Positions 1 through 35,040 of a stretch of DNA of 64,000 nt are shown one piece after another. The first letter of the stretch is position 1. The number at the start of each line of letters is the position of its first letter. The DNA comes from Chrysomallon squamiferum (taxonomy: Eukaryota > Animalia > Mollusca). The position numbers and the translations under genes were made by a program. Under the pieces are notes generated by a model that was given only the letters and a program-made list of their open reading frames with translations, ran no database searches and had not been told where the DNA came from. The stretch covers positions 18,662,001 to 18,726,000 of the forward strand of contig CM022678.1 in NCBI GenBank assembly GCA_012295275.1, written 5' to 3'.

Positions 1-475
1 GGAAGCAAACCGACGAAAGCCTGCGACATCTACAGCTTCGGCATCATCATGCAGGAGATTTTCAGCCGGGATCTTCCTTTCGTCAACTGCTGCAAGGACG
101 CCTCGCCGGCGGAAGTCTTGGATCAGGTGATTTCCGGTTCCGTGCGGCCGCCGTATTCGCCGAATATCAACATCACGGCCAGAGTTCTGATGGAAGCGGC
201 CTGGGAAATGGATCCAGCAGGCAGATCTTCTTTCGCGACTCTGCAGCAAGGAATCGTGAAGGCTTTTCCCAAGCAGAGGACGATAATGGACTGCATAGTT
301 CGATCTCTGGAGCAGTACGTCGCGGAGTTGGAAACCCAGGTGTGTTCTGCAGACGACGCTGTTGACAACGACGTGTTGCACAAAGCTGCAGACTTCCACA
401 GTTTAGAGTTCTACACGGATCCGTTAAACCTGCAAGAGTACATCTCCGTCACAGTGCTGTCCCTCAACGTGCAGG
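1..475 (+). CDS. Receptor guanylyl cyclase-like gene, internal exon (5' end outside window): end of kinase-homology domain, hinge helix, first strand of cyclase domain
   Basis: Frame 1 reads GSKPTKACDIYSFGIIMQEIFSRDLPF (kinase subdomain IX, rGC-type DxYSFGIIxQEI) ... TIMDCIVRSLEQYVAELETQV (cf. rGC ILDNLLSRMEQYANNLE) ... VTVLSLNVQG; ends at phase-1 donor CAGG|GTCAGT (476). Confidence 0.85.
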
Positions 476-1088
476 GTCAGTCCATTGTTTGTTTGTTTGT
501 TTGTTTGTTTGTGTGCTTGTTTGTTTGTTTGTTTGTTTGTTTGTGTGCTTGTTTGTTTATTCATAAATATTTATTTATTTATTTATTGTATTTTGTTTTT
601 TATTTATTTATGTATTTATTTATTTATGTATTTATTATTGATTGTTTTATTGTTGTTTTGATTTTCTCTCTCTCTATCTCACAGTCTCTCTCTCTCTAGC
701 TCTGTATGTGTGTGTGTATGTGTTTGAACGCATCATAATTGAAACATCATCATCATCATATTAGTCGTAGTAATAATAATAATAATAATGTACATATGTA
801 CGTACGTATGTATGTATGTCTCTACGTATGTGTGTGTACATCTGTATAAATACATGTTAATGTGTTGTATCTGACTATACTAGCTTCACAAATATCTAAA
901 TTTACATCTTCATCTGTTTATTTATTTATGTATTCATTCATTCATGAATTTATTAGTGATTGTTTTACTGTTGTTTTGATTTTTTTTTTCTATCAAAGAC
1001 ATGTTCTTACATCTGTATAAATAGATGTTCATATATTCTATCTAACTACACTAGCATAACAAATAAATAAATATTACTTCTGTTCTAG

Positions 1089-1558
1089 GTATTGACGAAC
1101 TGATGAAAACTCGGGACGTGAACAAAACTCTGGATCTTCTCAGCCAGCTCGGCAGCACGTGGAACAAAATTGTTTCAGATTCCGGCATCATCGTCTTCGA
1201 CGTTTCCTCCGACGGCTTCAAGCTGTTGTCGGGCGCGCCGGAACTGTGTCACGACCACGTGGGCCTCATCGCTAAGACCGGCGTATCTGTGTTACAGGCG
1301 TCCAGGACCGTCTTGAACTGCAACGACATGACGAATGTTCTAGACATCAGGGTTGGCATAGCAACCGGCTCCGTTATGATGGACGCCGGGGCTTTTTCCT
1401 GTTCCAGACTGGTCGTTCTGGGAGAGACTGTGAGTCTGGCGAGATTTTTGATGAATTCGGCGGAACCGGGAAGTATTCTGTTGTCCGAGAAATCGGAAAT
1501 CGTTCTTCAGAGTTTGAACAAGTGGACGATCTACCAGAACAAACACATTCTTTACAAG
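1089..1558 (+). CDS. Receptor guanylyl cyclase-like gene, exon encoding most of a divergent class III nucleotide cyclase domain
   Basis: Acceptor ttctag|GT at 1088/1089 completes the phase-1 Gly codon in frame; translation has SDGFKLLSGAP, IRVGIATGSV, LGETVSLARFLMNSAEPGSILLSE (cf. [44 protein letters not shown]); phase-0 donor AAG|GTAGTC at 1559. Confidence 0.85.
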
Positions 1559-1924
1559 GTAGTCAGATTGTATTCGTTGGTTCATTTAAAAGCTATTTAT
1601 TTATTTATTAATTTATTTATTTATTTATTTATTTGTTTTTTATTATTTATTTATTTATTTATTTTATATTTTTATTTTTTATTTATTTATTTATTTGTTT
1701 GTTTATTTGTTTATTTGTTCATTGTTTGTTTGTTTTTGTTTGCGTTGTTGGAGATGGCTGTGATAATGAGTGTGGTGTATCATTGTAATAATAATGATGA
1801 TAATAATAGTAGACGTCGCTGTAGTAGTAGAATTAGTGGTAGCATCAATTGTCAAGCAGGAAGCGGCAGTAGTAGTATTAGCAGCAGCAGTTGTAGTAGT
1901 TAGTAGGAATATTATTAAGAATTA

Positions 1925-1968
1925 AGTAGTAGTAGTAGTAGTGGTGGTAGTAGTACTAATAGTAGTAA

Positions 1969-2009
<41 letters not shown>

Positions 2010-2162
2010 AAAGTAGTAATAGTAGTAGTAGTGGTGGTGGTGGTAGTAGTAGTAATAGTAGTAAGTTGTAGTAATAGTAGTAGAGGTAGTAGTGGTGGTG
2101 GTGGTAGTAGTAGAAATAATAGTAGTAGTAGTAGTAGCTGTTGTTGTAGTAGGAGTAGTAAT
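1925..2162. repeat. (TAG)n-rich microsatellite
   Basis: Direct reading; similar tracts at ~10300-10420, 22380-22640, 55960-56290, 59990-60240. Confidence 0.95.
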
Positions 2163-2357
2163 AATTTGACCTGTAAGTATTTACAACAAAAACACACTGA
2201 CTTATCTCAAAATAATTACTTTATTTGCCTTTGGATGAAACGCAGCAATCAATTAAATTTTTTTTTGAAGGACGACTTTAAACAAACAAAAAAATAAATA
2301 AATAAATAAATGAATAAATAAATAAACAAATGAAGGCAGTTACTGGGTTTTTTTCAG

Positions 2358-2489
2358 GACAACAAACCTGTTCGGTCGTCCTGGCTGGCGGGGAGCAGAG
2401 ACGGAGGCGAGACATTCTACCCGTCTGGAAACAAACATCAGCTCGTCAGGATGACGTCGTATTCTCAGATTCCGTCAAGCAATCAATAA
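2358..2489 (+). CDS. Receptor guanylyl cyclase-like gene, terminal coding exon
   Basis: Acceptor ttttttcag|GAC; DNKPVRSSWLAG matches the rGC C-terminal GKGKVRTYWLLG; TAA at 2487-2489 overlapped by AATAAA motifs (2485-2494). Confidence 0.8.
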   Translation, partial: DNKPVRSSWLAGSRDGGETFYPSGNKHQLVRMTSYSQIPSSNQ

Positions 2490-3905
2490 ATAAACAGTGT
2501 GACTGACTGGACAGTGAAAGTAAAATGTTTATCTTCTAATGTGGCTGTCTGCACAGCTTTGTGTTACATTGGGCTGATTTACATGTTCCTCTCTGTCTGA
2601 CTGCCATCTGTCTATATTGATGGGTGGATCAATGACTGCAAGAATGTATGTTTGCATATCTGTATGTATAATGTGTGTGTGTATATATACATATCTATGT
2701 GTGTGTGTGTGTGCATATATACACGTGTGTGTGTCTGTGTGTGTGTGCATATATACATGTGTGTGTGTGTCTGTGTGTGTGTGTGTGTCATTGAATAGCT
2801 GCATGCCTATATTAAATATATGTGTACGATTGTATCTGTATGTTTGTGTGTGTTGGGATTGTGTTTACATTTTTTTTTTCTTATTCTAATTCTTTGTTAC
2901 ACTATCATCCTTTCTCTTTTTTTAATTAATGATCAGTTTCCATTTATTTATTTATTTATTTATTTCATTTCCTTTGACAACGAAAGTGACTGAATCTAAG
3001 AACTTGATTTTATAGTGACAATATTCAATTGCTAAAGTAGAAACAAATCTAGCTGGTTTTTATATTATTATTATTATTTATTTAATAATTTTGATCGTCA
3101 TATAATAACAATTGAAATAAGTGAATCTTCAAGTCTAAATTTGAATTCTGTCCTTTTATTTATTTATTTATTTACTTATTTATTTATCTGTTTGTTTGTT
3201 TATTTATTTAAGAATATTAATCGTGAAACAGATATCTTGAACTCTTTGACATTATTCATCAACAGTTCCGCTGTATTCAAGACAGGATAAGAAAATTCAA
3301 TCCATTTGCTGACTGAAAACATCACAAAATTACATTAAGCGACATTGCTGTTTGTTTCAATCGAACAAAAAAAAAAAAAAATATTGCTTTCTCCGATTTT
3401 TCCCACGAAATAATGGATATGCAGATATCTTAGTTTGAAAATAATAGGAAAAACATTGATCGTAATATTTAAAAAAAAAAAAAATTAAAAAATAAAAGAA
3501 AATAACAATTTCTTTTGTGCTTTTGTTACGAAATTCACATTATTTTCTTTTTTACATTTTTTATTTTTTTTTTTACTTTTTTTTTTTGTTTGTTTGTTTT
3601 GTATTTTTTCAATTATTATTGTTATTATTAAACTGGAGTTCAATGGCCTGAAGTCTTTGTTTACTGCTGTTTTGAGAATGTGTTTTAGTCAAAACATTGT
3701 CCTTTACTGCTGGTGTAATTTATAATACAGTTCATACAAATAATGTGTTTACAGTATAAATACAAAGGACACCGTGTCTATCTCATTCACTCACACTCAT
3801 TAGCTGTGTCTTTCTATCCATCTCTCTCTTTGTCTCTTCATCTGATTATCTCATTCTTTCATTCCATGCATTTATTCCTCTCTCACTCTTTAATTATTTA
3901 ATTTT

Positions 3906-4007
<102 letters not shown>

Positions 4008-4145
4008 CATATAAGTAAATAATATAAAGAAACTAACATTCTTACAGAGTGCACATCAGCTATTTGATAACAAAAAAACTATTAAAATTAATTTAGTGTT
4101 TCTGACGACTAAACACAGTCACGTTTACTGTAAGTTTAATGCTGG

Positions 4146-4245
4146 CGTGGGTGACACGTGTTCGAGTCTCGTAAGCGGCATCTCACATTTGTGACGTCAT
4201 GATCGGATCAAGACACATACATACATACATACATAGATACATACA
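4146..4245 (+). mobile_element. Degenerate, internally deleted SINE family A fragment
   Basis: tgggtg.cacgtgttcgagtctcgtaagcggcatct...tcatgatcgga matches the family core; followed by (TACA)n. Confidence 0.55.
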
Positions 4246-5356
4246 TGCACACACTGACAGAAACATAGTCAAACATATTTTACATTGCATTACATAAGAA
4301 AACAAAATTCAGTATAATAATTTCAGTTAAATTTTATTTACACAAATGTACATATATTAACAACATCGTTTAATATACTGTCGTAAAGAAGCTACATTAA
4401 TATGATATACTATGTACAGAACGTGAACATAAAACTGTCATGTTCAAGTCGCTCTATGAAAATGAGCATTGTTTTCAGGTAACAGAGAAATCTGATAAAC
4501 CATACATAGAATAAAACCTTCTACTTAATAAAAATCTGTATTACATTAGCAACTATAGGGGAGTTTATCGTAAATTCGAGTAATATTTAGTCTGGAATGC
4601 TAGAGAGAGAGAGAGAGAACTGCCACTTACAATCTGTGTTTTATTCAGGAAACAGATATAGTCAGAAATAAAATATTCTAAAATAAATGCATTACAACCA
4701 TAAATAAATAAATAAATAATTAAATAAGAATAATGTGTTACATTACATATAATCCTAAGGCGAAATCGCTTGTTTAATCTGTGCATTATATATATATATA
4801 ATGTATGTAATATTTTCAGTTAATATTTCCTTATACTTTAAAACAAACAAACAAACATTACTTTCTGCTGTAGTTCTGGAAAATGAGAAAACAAGCAATT
4901 TTTTTTTTTTTTTTTTCATTTTTTTTTTTTAAACTAATCATTCTTTGAAGCCGCACTTGTTTCCATCATAACCTTACATTATGTGGAATTAATACAGACA
5001 GAAAAGCGGAATTAGGCAGCTAATCTTTGATTACGACAGCGGTCTTCTTCGTCTACTTTGAACTTTGGTTTCTCGTTTGTTCTTTTCTTAATAAATAAAT
5101 AGGAGGATTTAGCGTGGCTTTTTTTTGACAACATCTTTACTAAGCTAGCTGGAAGTTTTCTGTTTATCGGTGACTTTGATGAAGAGCCATTTTCAGAATT
5201 ACGTTTCATAATTCGGTAAATGAGTTTTTAATTATATTTTATCAATATATAACAAAAGTACCGTGTATTTAGGAAATCGCATTAAAATAAGGATATATTA
5301 TATTTCTTTTGCCGAGTGAAAGAGATTAAATATATATATATATAAATATAAATATG

Positions 5357-5393
<37 letters not shown>

Positions 5394-6580
5394 GTATAAA
5401 CAGAATATATAAATCAAATATACCCATATTGCACTAATAGCTTAAACTGTAGCTGCAGTAGCAGTTTAATTTTAGTAATAATACTGTAGTTGTAGTAGCA
5501 GTAGTAGTAGTAGTTGCAGTAATAGTAGTAACAGCTATAGTAGCAGATCTAATAGTAAAAACACTGTTAATAATAATTGTAGTACCAATGCAAATTAACG
5601 TCTACGTGTCTTTAAATAATTCTGAATATATACCGTTTCAAAACAACATAGGCGATAATTTGCCAAATATATTCACTGTTAACATGAACGAACTAAACGT
5701 AATTTACAGTAATAATTGAAAAACAGTTTACAATGAAAATTAAAATAAAGAGAAATGAAAGATAAAAGCGCCGAGTGTATGAATTTACGTATGAATGTAT
5801 GTATGAATGTTGTAATTTAAAATATATAGTGTTCCTTACAAGTATATGCATTATTTTTTATTATTAAAAACGTATATTTATTGATAAAATGTACAATAGT
5901 GGTGGACGCAAAGTACAAATAGAACGTGGCAATTCAGAGAAAATTAAATCAGGATCTAAAATAACGTGTTTCGATAGATTACTTTAAAACTGTTACTACA
6001 ACGTTACGTTCACTGATAATTCAAAAGTAACGTAGCTCGTAATAACCTACGTTACCGCAACATGTATATTCAAGTTCATATCTCATTGATGCATAATACT
6101 GAATCAAGGAAAAATCGTATCCGTTTCTTTCGTTTAAAGAAACCTTAAAGTATGATATGGTTTTAGCCTTGGTTAAAATAAATTATATTTGTAACTATAA
6201 ATGACATAAATTAAAAAAATATATATATATATACGAATATACAATGTAACGAATATTGGCAATGTACATCGACAGCTCTAAATATAATTCAAAATGTGGA
6301 AAGCTAATATCTGAAAATAATGTACATAGACTGTTCTGATTAATATACATTCACGGCTGAAATTAATTTACATTGACAATTCAAAATAATATACATCATA
6401 ATTCAAATTACGGTCATCCATAGAGAAACAAATATACATTTAAATTTTAGGAAGTAAAATACTAAATAGTAAGAAGTCACAGTTTAAAACGTAATGATTT
6501 CAATGTGCATTAACAGCTTAAAACAATATACATTCAGAGTCTAAGAAATAACGTACAATGATGGACATTCGGTTTAGACT

Positions 6581-6790
6581 GTAACGTACGTGTTAACTCA
6601 GAATGAATATTCAGTGTACATTTAAAGAGTAACGTATAATGACGCGTGCACTCGAAATAAAAGGTAACGTACGTGATAATTCAAAATGAATATTCAGTGT
6701 ACATTTAAAGAGTAACGTACAGAAATGTCTTCACTCTGTTTAAATAGCAATGTACGTGAGAGCTAAAAATGTATATTCAGTGTTTAAACA
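6581..6790. repeat. ~83-bp degenerate tandem repeat downstream of the chitinase stop
   Basis: gtaacgtacgtg.taa.tca.aatgaatattcagtgtacatttaaagagtaacgta at 6581 and 6664, third decayed copy near 6749. Confidence 0.75.
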
Positions 6791-7539
6791 AAATTGCACA
6801 ATTAGACAGTAAAGGACAGATATTCACCAACAGCTTCGTAGTATTTTATCACACGAAACAGAACAAGCAGACATGACAGTACGTGTACAGATGAACAGAA
6901 ACTCTTTGTCATCGTATGCATAAAGTAGACTCACATACTCGTTCTACGTTTGCTAATGTTTATATCAAAACCATTTATGTTAAAGTAATTTTAAAATCTT
7001 CTTATGATACGGTTCCAAAGAAATCTGAATTTAGTTTTTTGATGATGGCATTAAGGTTTCATTCATATAATGCTTTTTAAAAACTCGGACTGTATAGTTT
7101 TGTAAAAAAATATATTACAATGATTTTAAAGGCTTCTCCCCGTTTTGTAGAAGCAAAGTATGCATTATATTCGACTAAACAAATTTTGTTTCACTGAATT
7201 TTTAAACAGTAATAAGCAGATGGCTTCATATTCGTGCATTAGTACTATCCAACTGAAGTTTAAATATTAATACATTATATATGTTATCGTTTTCTTAAAT
7301 TGCATAATCATGGCAACCTGTTTTCGTGTATACCTTCAATGCGGAACGAACCATTCGGAATATCCTTCCATACAATCTGTTATTCAGACAGACATTAAAC
7401 TTTCAAAAAAAAAAAATGTTATCTCTCTCACGCACACAACACACTGATGCTTTTTATACGCACAAGCACTCAGAAAGATTAGCATAACAATACCTTCTTC
7501 TTTTAATTTAAAAAATATAACAAGTTAACAGTAACAATT

Positions 7540-28624
<21,085 letters not shown>

Positions 28625-29689
28625 CGTTGACTGAAACACAGATAAAAAGGATATACGTAATTAAAATATCTCCAGTAATGATAAAAAAAAAAAAAAAAAA
28701 AAAACTGAGTGGTCGATCCGAAATAAAATATGAATGTGAATAATAATAATAGTAGTAGTACTAGTAGTAGTAGTAGCAGTAATAGTAGTAGTATTTGTAG
28801 TAGTAGTGGTAGTAGCAGTAGTAGTAGTAGCAGGAGTAGTAGAGTTGTAATAATAGTGGAAGTAGTAGTATAGTAATACTACTACTGTTGTTGTTATTTC
28901 AACACTTACTACAACGATCACTACACTTATTACACTTTAAGTGCATCATTACTGTTAGTGTACGATCACTGCTAATCGTCACCACTCCTACTATTACTAC
29001 TACTGCAACTACAATTGATACACAATTCTTAATATGACAGTATTTACCTTGTAAATTAATTAAAAATATTTTTAAAATTAGCAGTCACTATTTATTTCAT
29101 TTTAATTATTTATTTTTAATCTATCTATACAGCTATCCCTTTTAGCCTATCTATTATCTATTCGTCTATCTCTTTCTATCAGTTTATTATTGTTAACATT
29201 TTAGCCTCACCGTTCCTACCTCCAGTTATCTTTCCTTTAATGCGTTTTGAAGAATAAAAATCGCAGAAGATAACACAATAATAAAATAAAATAAAAACTA
29301 GTTATCCAAAAATATTTAAATTTAGATACTATTAAAGCACTTGTTTTAAATAAAATTAAATTCACGATAACTCTGAATTAGTTGTACAAAACGATGATTT
29401 TACGAAGTGAGCCGACTGTTACGTAAAAACAGTTTCACTGACTACGAATTATCAGCAAGCGGTCACGACCAAGCCCTTTGTTTCCATGGTGATACGTAAT
29501 ATAGTGACGTAAAAACACTATAGTTGGTCTATGGCGTATTTTTCAATCCAGGAAATTGTTACGTTGTCATTCATGAATAGATAGAAACTTTTTAAATTCA
29601 TTCATAATACTTAGAATGTTTAAATAATTTAAAAACATATGGCAATAAAGAGAAAGTAAAAGCTGTTAACACAACTTATTTCTGAATAA

Positions 29690-30650
29690 AGTTATGTCAT
29701 TCTAAGAAGAATGTTTCAAACAGTTCTTATTCATGAATAGATGCAGTCTTCCAGTTTATTTGTTACAATGTAACATGGGTGCTTATTACGTTGATCGCAG
29801 GGTAGATCGGGCGCAATTCAGTGCAAGTGATCAGAGTAAGGTAGTGACTATAAATGTATTCAGTTGTATTGTGCCGTCAGGGTTCATGCAGTGATGCTAG
29901 GTGCACCAACATATACTGTATATATAAAGTATACTCAGTATATATAAATAAATATATTTAGTATTTTTTAATACAGGTAGATCATTTTGATCTGGTCACT
30001 TTAAAAGTAGCTCGCGAGGTGAGATAGTGTGGATATCCCTGAACCAGAATGTGCAAACAGCAAAAAGGCGAAAGAAAAAGGTTTTAATTAACCGTTGTTC
30101 CTGAATGAAGAAGAGTCCATTCAAAGAAGAATCTTTCAAAGTCTCGTCATTCTTGAAACATACATGCTTCCCATTCATTCATGGGTGCTAGAATGTCTAA
30201 ATCGTTTAAAACGATGCAGCAGAAATGCGAAAGAAAGCTTTCTTCATTAACCATCCTTTCTGAATAATGCTGAATCCATTCCAAGACGAATGTTTCAAAT
30301 ATGACGCAATCGCGAATAGATACAAACTTCCCATTCATTCAAGACAACTACAAGTTATAAACCGTTAAAAAAGGATGTGGCAAAAAGGTGAAAGTAAAGT
30401 TTTGTCGTAAATTAACAATTGTTTCTGAAGAAATCTGATGCCATTCAAGAAAAAAAAATGTTTCAAAAAAAATGCGTCCTTAGTGAATGGATTTGAACTT
30501 CCAGTTAATTCGTGACACCAAAAAATAGTTAAGTGGATTAACAGGATATGACACGAAGCCGACAGAAAAACTTTGTTAAATTAACCTTTGTTCTTTGAAG
30601 AAAGGCAACTCAATTACAAGAAATTCAGCTGACATCATTCCAAGAAATCT
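29690..30650. repeat. Old degenerate tandem repeat, ~160-bp period
   Basis: cattc.aaga.gaat.tttcaaa...cttcc recurs at ~29698, 30118, 30277 and 30442. Confidence 0.6.
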
Positions 30651-32497
30651 GGAAATCGTATTTTTGTGTGACAAGTTTACTTAAAACAAGCTGACACGTG
30701 CTTAGACTTAACCAGCTTAAAACTCCACAAACATTAAACCACATTAGCCACTAGAACTGAGATTTTGAAATACCTATATCGTAACAGACTCAAAACTTGA
30801 TCAGCCACTGTAAATAAAATAAGTAAATAGCTATTTGAATCTATTTTGCTTCGTTCAGTAAATATAACCGAGAATTTTATTCATAATGCAAAAAGTTATT
30901 AAATGTTTCTATTGCGATGGAAACCGTTACTGTAAATCCTACCTGAGTAAGCTGTGTTTTTTCTATAAAAGATGATAATATTATTTTGAACCATTATTAG
31001 CCAAGTTTGTTTTGTTTTGGTTTTTTCTGCTGTTGTTGTTGTTGTTGTTGTTGTTGCTGCTGTTTAGCTGTGTGGCAGGGAATGGCAGGAATGTGGAAGT
31101 ATTTGTTAATAACCCGTGATTATTTATTAAACTTATTCATACGTATCATACGTATATAGGTGTGTACAGATATGTGTATATCTGTGCATGCATTTGGACA
31201 TCTTTAAATAAATACAGACAGACATAGAGTTAGATGGTGTGTATGTATGTTTGTGTGTTTGTCAAAAAGAAATCAGTTCCCGTGTACAAAAATAAAAAAC
31301 AAGTGGGTGTTTATTAAAAGGTAATTCCTTATATCATGTTATTTTATCCTAATGCATACTATCTATCTGTATCTATCTATCTATCTATCTATATATATAT
31401 ATATATCTATAAAGCCTTTATCATTTATTTATTTTGTTACTTTTATTTAACAATGATGTTTTCAATCGACATCCAATTTGCCAAATTCTAACCGATCTAA
31501 ATTTATAATAAAATTTTAGAACAATATTCAGTGTACAAACTGGATTTGTTGCCCAGTAGAATTTGTATTCGCTGTCCGTAATATATATTTTAATATTTTG
31601 TTTTGTTTCGTTTTACGCAAATCTCAAAATAAGTACACACCTTAGCAAAATCATGCCAAAGACGATTTTAAAACAAGCAAGAAAAAAAAAACGTTACTTA
31701 GGGGTCACAAGGAATAAGCTTTTATCATTATTTTAATCCTTTGATTTATTTCGTTTTAAAGCAAATCCCTGAATCACCATCGCTTTGTGCCAAGCTCCAA
31801 CCCAAGAAGATTCAAAACAAACATAAAAGAAATAACCAAAAACAATTTTAAAAAAGGATCGTTACCTACGTCTTCGACTTGAGAAAGACTTGAGAAATTT
31901 GGAAACAATCTTAATCCCCTGTTACGAGTAGATTGCTGATGCCTGCTGTACTGTGTTGGCTTTGGCTGGTCTCCGCGACCTATGACGTCATCAGACAAAT
32001 CCTCAATCTGGCAGCAATCTGACTGAAAGACGTGTGTACACGTCATGCCAAAGAAAACAGTGTTGTTGTTGTCGACGGTCACGTGTCACGCTTGCACACT
32101 TCAACTTTTCTGGTCCAGGTACACAAAGCAAGCGATGTTAATTTCATTCGTATTAAATTTTTTTATTTTTTTTTTTTTTTGCCTTTTTGCGACCAAAGTT
32201 AAATTAACGTTTCTAGCACATTATGTAATCTCGGCGCAAATTTAGCACTTTTGTATTTACTTGCTGTTTTGACCGACGCTGAAGTAATTGGCAATGTGGC
32301 TTTCATCTAATATTGTGTTGGGCAATAGTTTAACACGTGAGCATATTGAAAAGAGAAAAAAAGTATGGATGAAAGAAAATGCTGATTAATGAATCTTGAA
32401 CGTTTTTTGTATTTATAGAAATTATTTAAGAAGAAAAATACCTCTTCTTTTTTCGAATAAAAGACGATTTCTGTTTATTAATCTATAATAATAATAA

Positions 32498-32528
<31 letters not shown>

Positions 32529-33391
32529 ATTTCAATGCCGGGATGAATTTAAAGAGCCTTTAACTAAAAAATAAATTTCAGTATAGCTAAGGAAACATTT
32601 AATAATATACATGTATATGTATATTTATGTATTTATGTGGATGTGTGTGTGTGTGATCACAACACGATGCTTGATTTCATCAATTCAGTTCAATTCATTA
32701 TGTGTGTAGCATGTCAGGCGTGCTTGAACGGTTATGTAAGATGAGTGTTATTAACTACTGGTTACTGCCGGTTTCCTTGCCAGAATCTGGAGAATTTACA
32801 AAGAGAACGTAATATCCATTAGTATTTTAAAGTGTAGACATTTTTAATTTTTTTACAAGGATTTTTACAGTCAACACGTATTTATGAAAAACGTCAGAAG
32901 TATATCTAACATACATCCATTAGCTATTAGATGCAGTGTCACCTTTGTTCTCTGAGATTAGGGAACTGCACAATTAAACAAACTAAACTAAAATTATATA
33001 AAACTAATATCGCTAGCATTATAAAGTGTTCAGATTTTGGTTAATAAGTATTTTATTAGTCAGAAAATGTATCTAATCTATACTTCACCAGTTACTGAAA
33101 TCTGGAGATAGTACAAATATTCTGTTAATGCTAAAAGTGTTGAAACAGCGTTTATTAGTCAAGTCATAGTTTGGAAAATTCAGAAACAATCTGCTTTACA
33201 TTTTACCAGTTGGTGGAAAAGGCAGCACAGAAATTCGCAGACAGTAGAAAAAGTCTGTTAGTGCTAAAATGTGTTATTAGTGAACCCGAACTTGAGAAAA
33301 TGAGAAGTAATTAGGTTCACGTTCATCAACTGCTGGAGGCTGTCACCTTCTTCTCTGAGATTCGGAGTCTGCACAAATGTAAGCTAAATAA

Positions 33392-33439
<48 letters not shown>

Positions 33440-33606
33440 TCTATCTCTCTATCTATATGTAAGTGTATATATATATATATATGTATACATACATATAGAT
33501 AGATAGATAGATAGAGAGATAGGTAAATATATACCGACATAGATAAGGATATGCTTTGACTAATAAACAATAACTAAAGTTATTAAATTTTATATATATG
33601 TATGTA

Positions 33607-33658
<52 letters not shown>

Positions 33659-35001
33659 CCTAGCTATCTATAGATCTACCTATCTATCTATCTGTTTGTC
33701 TGTCTGTCTGTCTATCTATCAATGTAGATATATGTATGAGTGTGAGAGCGCGCGAGCTCGCGTAAGCATCTTGCAATATTTTATAAAATATATCTGGTTT
33801 ATGTTTTATATTATATGAGTAGTGTGATCAGTTGAAATCTGGCTCTGCAAGTAACATCTACATGTCTTAACACCAGCGTCCATTGGCAATATTTCACATG
33901 GACTAACACAATAAGAATACATTGAGACAACTCCTTTAGGTACAAAAAATCTTTAAAATATATCTTCCCGTGAACTGAAATCAGCACACTACTGTATAAG
34001 AAAACCACGAGGTAAAGACTGGAAAATATAAAAATATTCCTACGGATGCATCGAGGAGGATCGATCCAGGGAACTTTCACGTCTCACGCTAACTCAGTGC
34101 TGTAAAGCTACAGTTGACGTAATGTAGACAAAAAGTTGAATCAAGGACAAGACGGCTTGAATCAACAAAAGTGACGAGAGATTCCAGACGATGTCTAAAC
34201 TCGATCGATTACAAACACGGCTACAACGTTTAAACAGTTGTATTTACTCCAGCGAGCCTCGTCTGTGCGTCCGAACAATCCGAACGTCTTGATTACTTAC
34301 TTCAGCAGCAGGGAACGTGGAATACTCGGAATATTTACGTTGCTGGTCGTCAGAGACAAGGAGACAAAGATGGTGGACAGAAAGCAAATACGAAACTTAG
34401 AGACGTCAGGAGTATAGAGTTATTTCCCTTGTTTACTTAATAGATAGATAGATGGAGAAAGAGACAGACAAACAGATGTACAGACAGAGAGATGCATGCA
34501 TGCATATGTAGATTAATAGATAGCATGATAACATAAAAACAAATATATTTTAAATAGTTACACTATTTTTCAACACGATTTTATAATTTGAAAACTTGCG
34601 TAAATTCTTGTCAGTTTTAATTTTACAATTATAAATTATAATTTTTATATGTTTTGTTGTTGTTGTTGTTGTTGTTGTTTTTTATTCACTTATTTTTATT
34701 TTATATTTAAACGTTGTTTTGTCTGTTTGTTTGTTCTTGTTATTTGTTCTGTTTTTGGTGTTTTTTTAGTGATTAATAGATGATGATGATGATGATGATG
34801 ATAATGATGATGATGATGATGATAATAATAATAAATAAATAAATAAACGTTCAGTTATCTATTAATTTATGGTACTATGAATCAGAATACTTTGTATTGT
34901 TCAACAGTCAAAAACTAAATAAATATAAACAGAAAAATAACGAATCAAACAAAAAAAAAGGACCCCGTATTTATCTAAATAAAATTGTCTTATTTTTTAT
35001 T

Positions 35002-35040
<39 letters not shown>

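Noticed and set aside
476-699. Hydrophobic, transmembrane-like C-termini of ORFs 49-699 and 1103-1903
   Set aside because: Read-through past the splice donors into (TTTG)n/(TTTA)n intronic repeats.
34191-34292. 33-aa small ORF MSKLDRLQTRLQRLNSCIYSSEPRLCVRTIRTS on +
   Set aside because: Length is within chance expectation; no homology recognised and no transcript structure.
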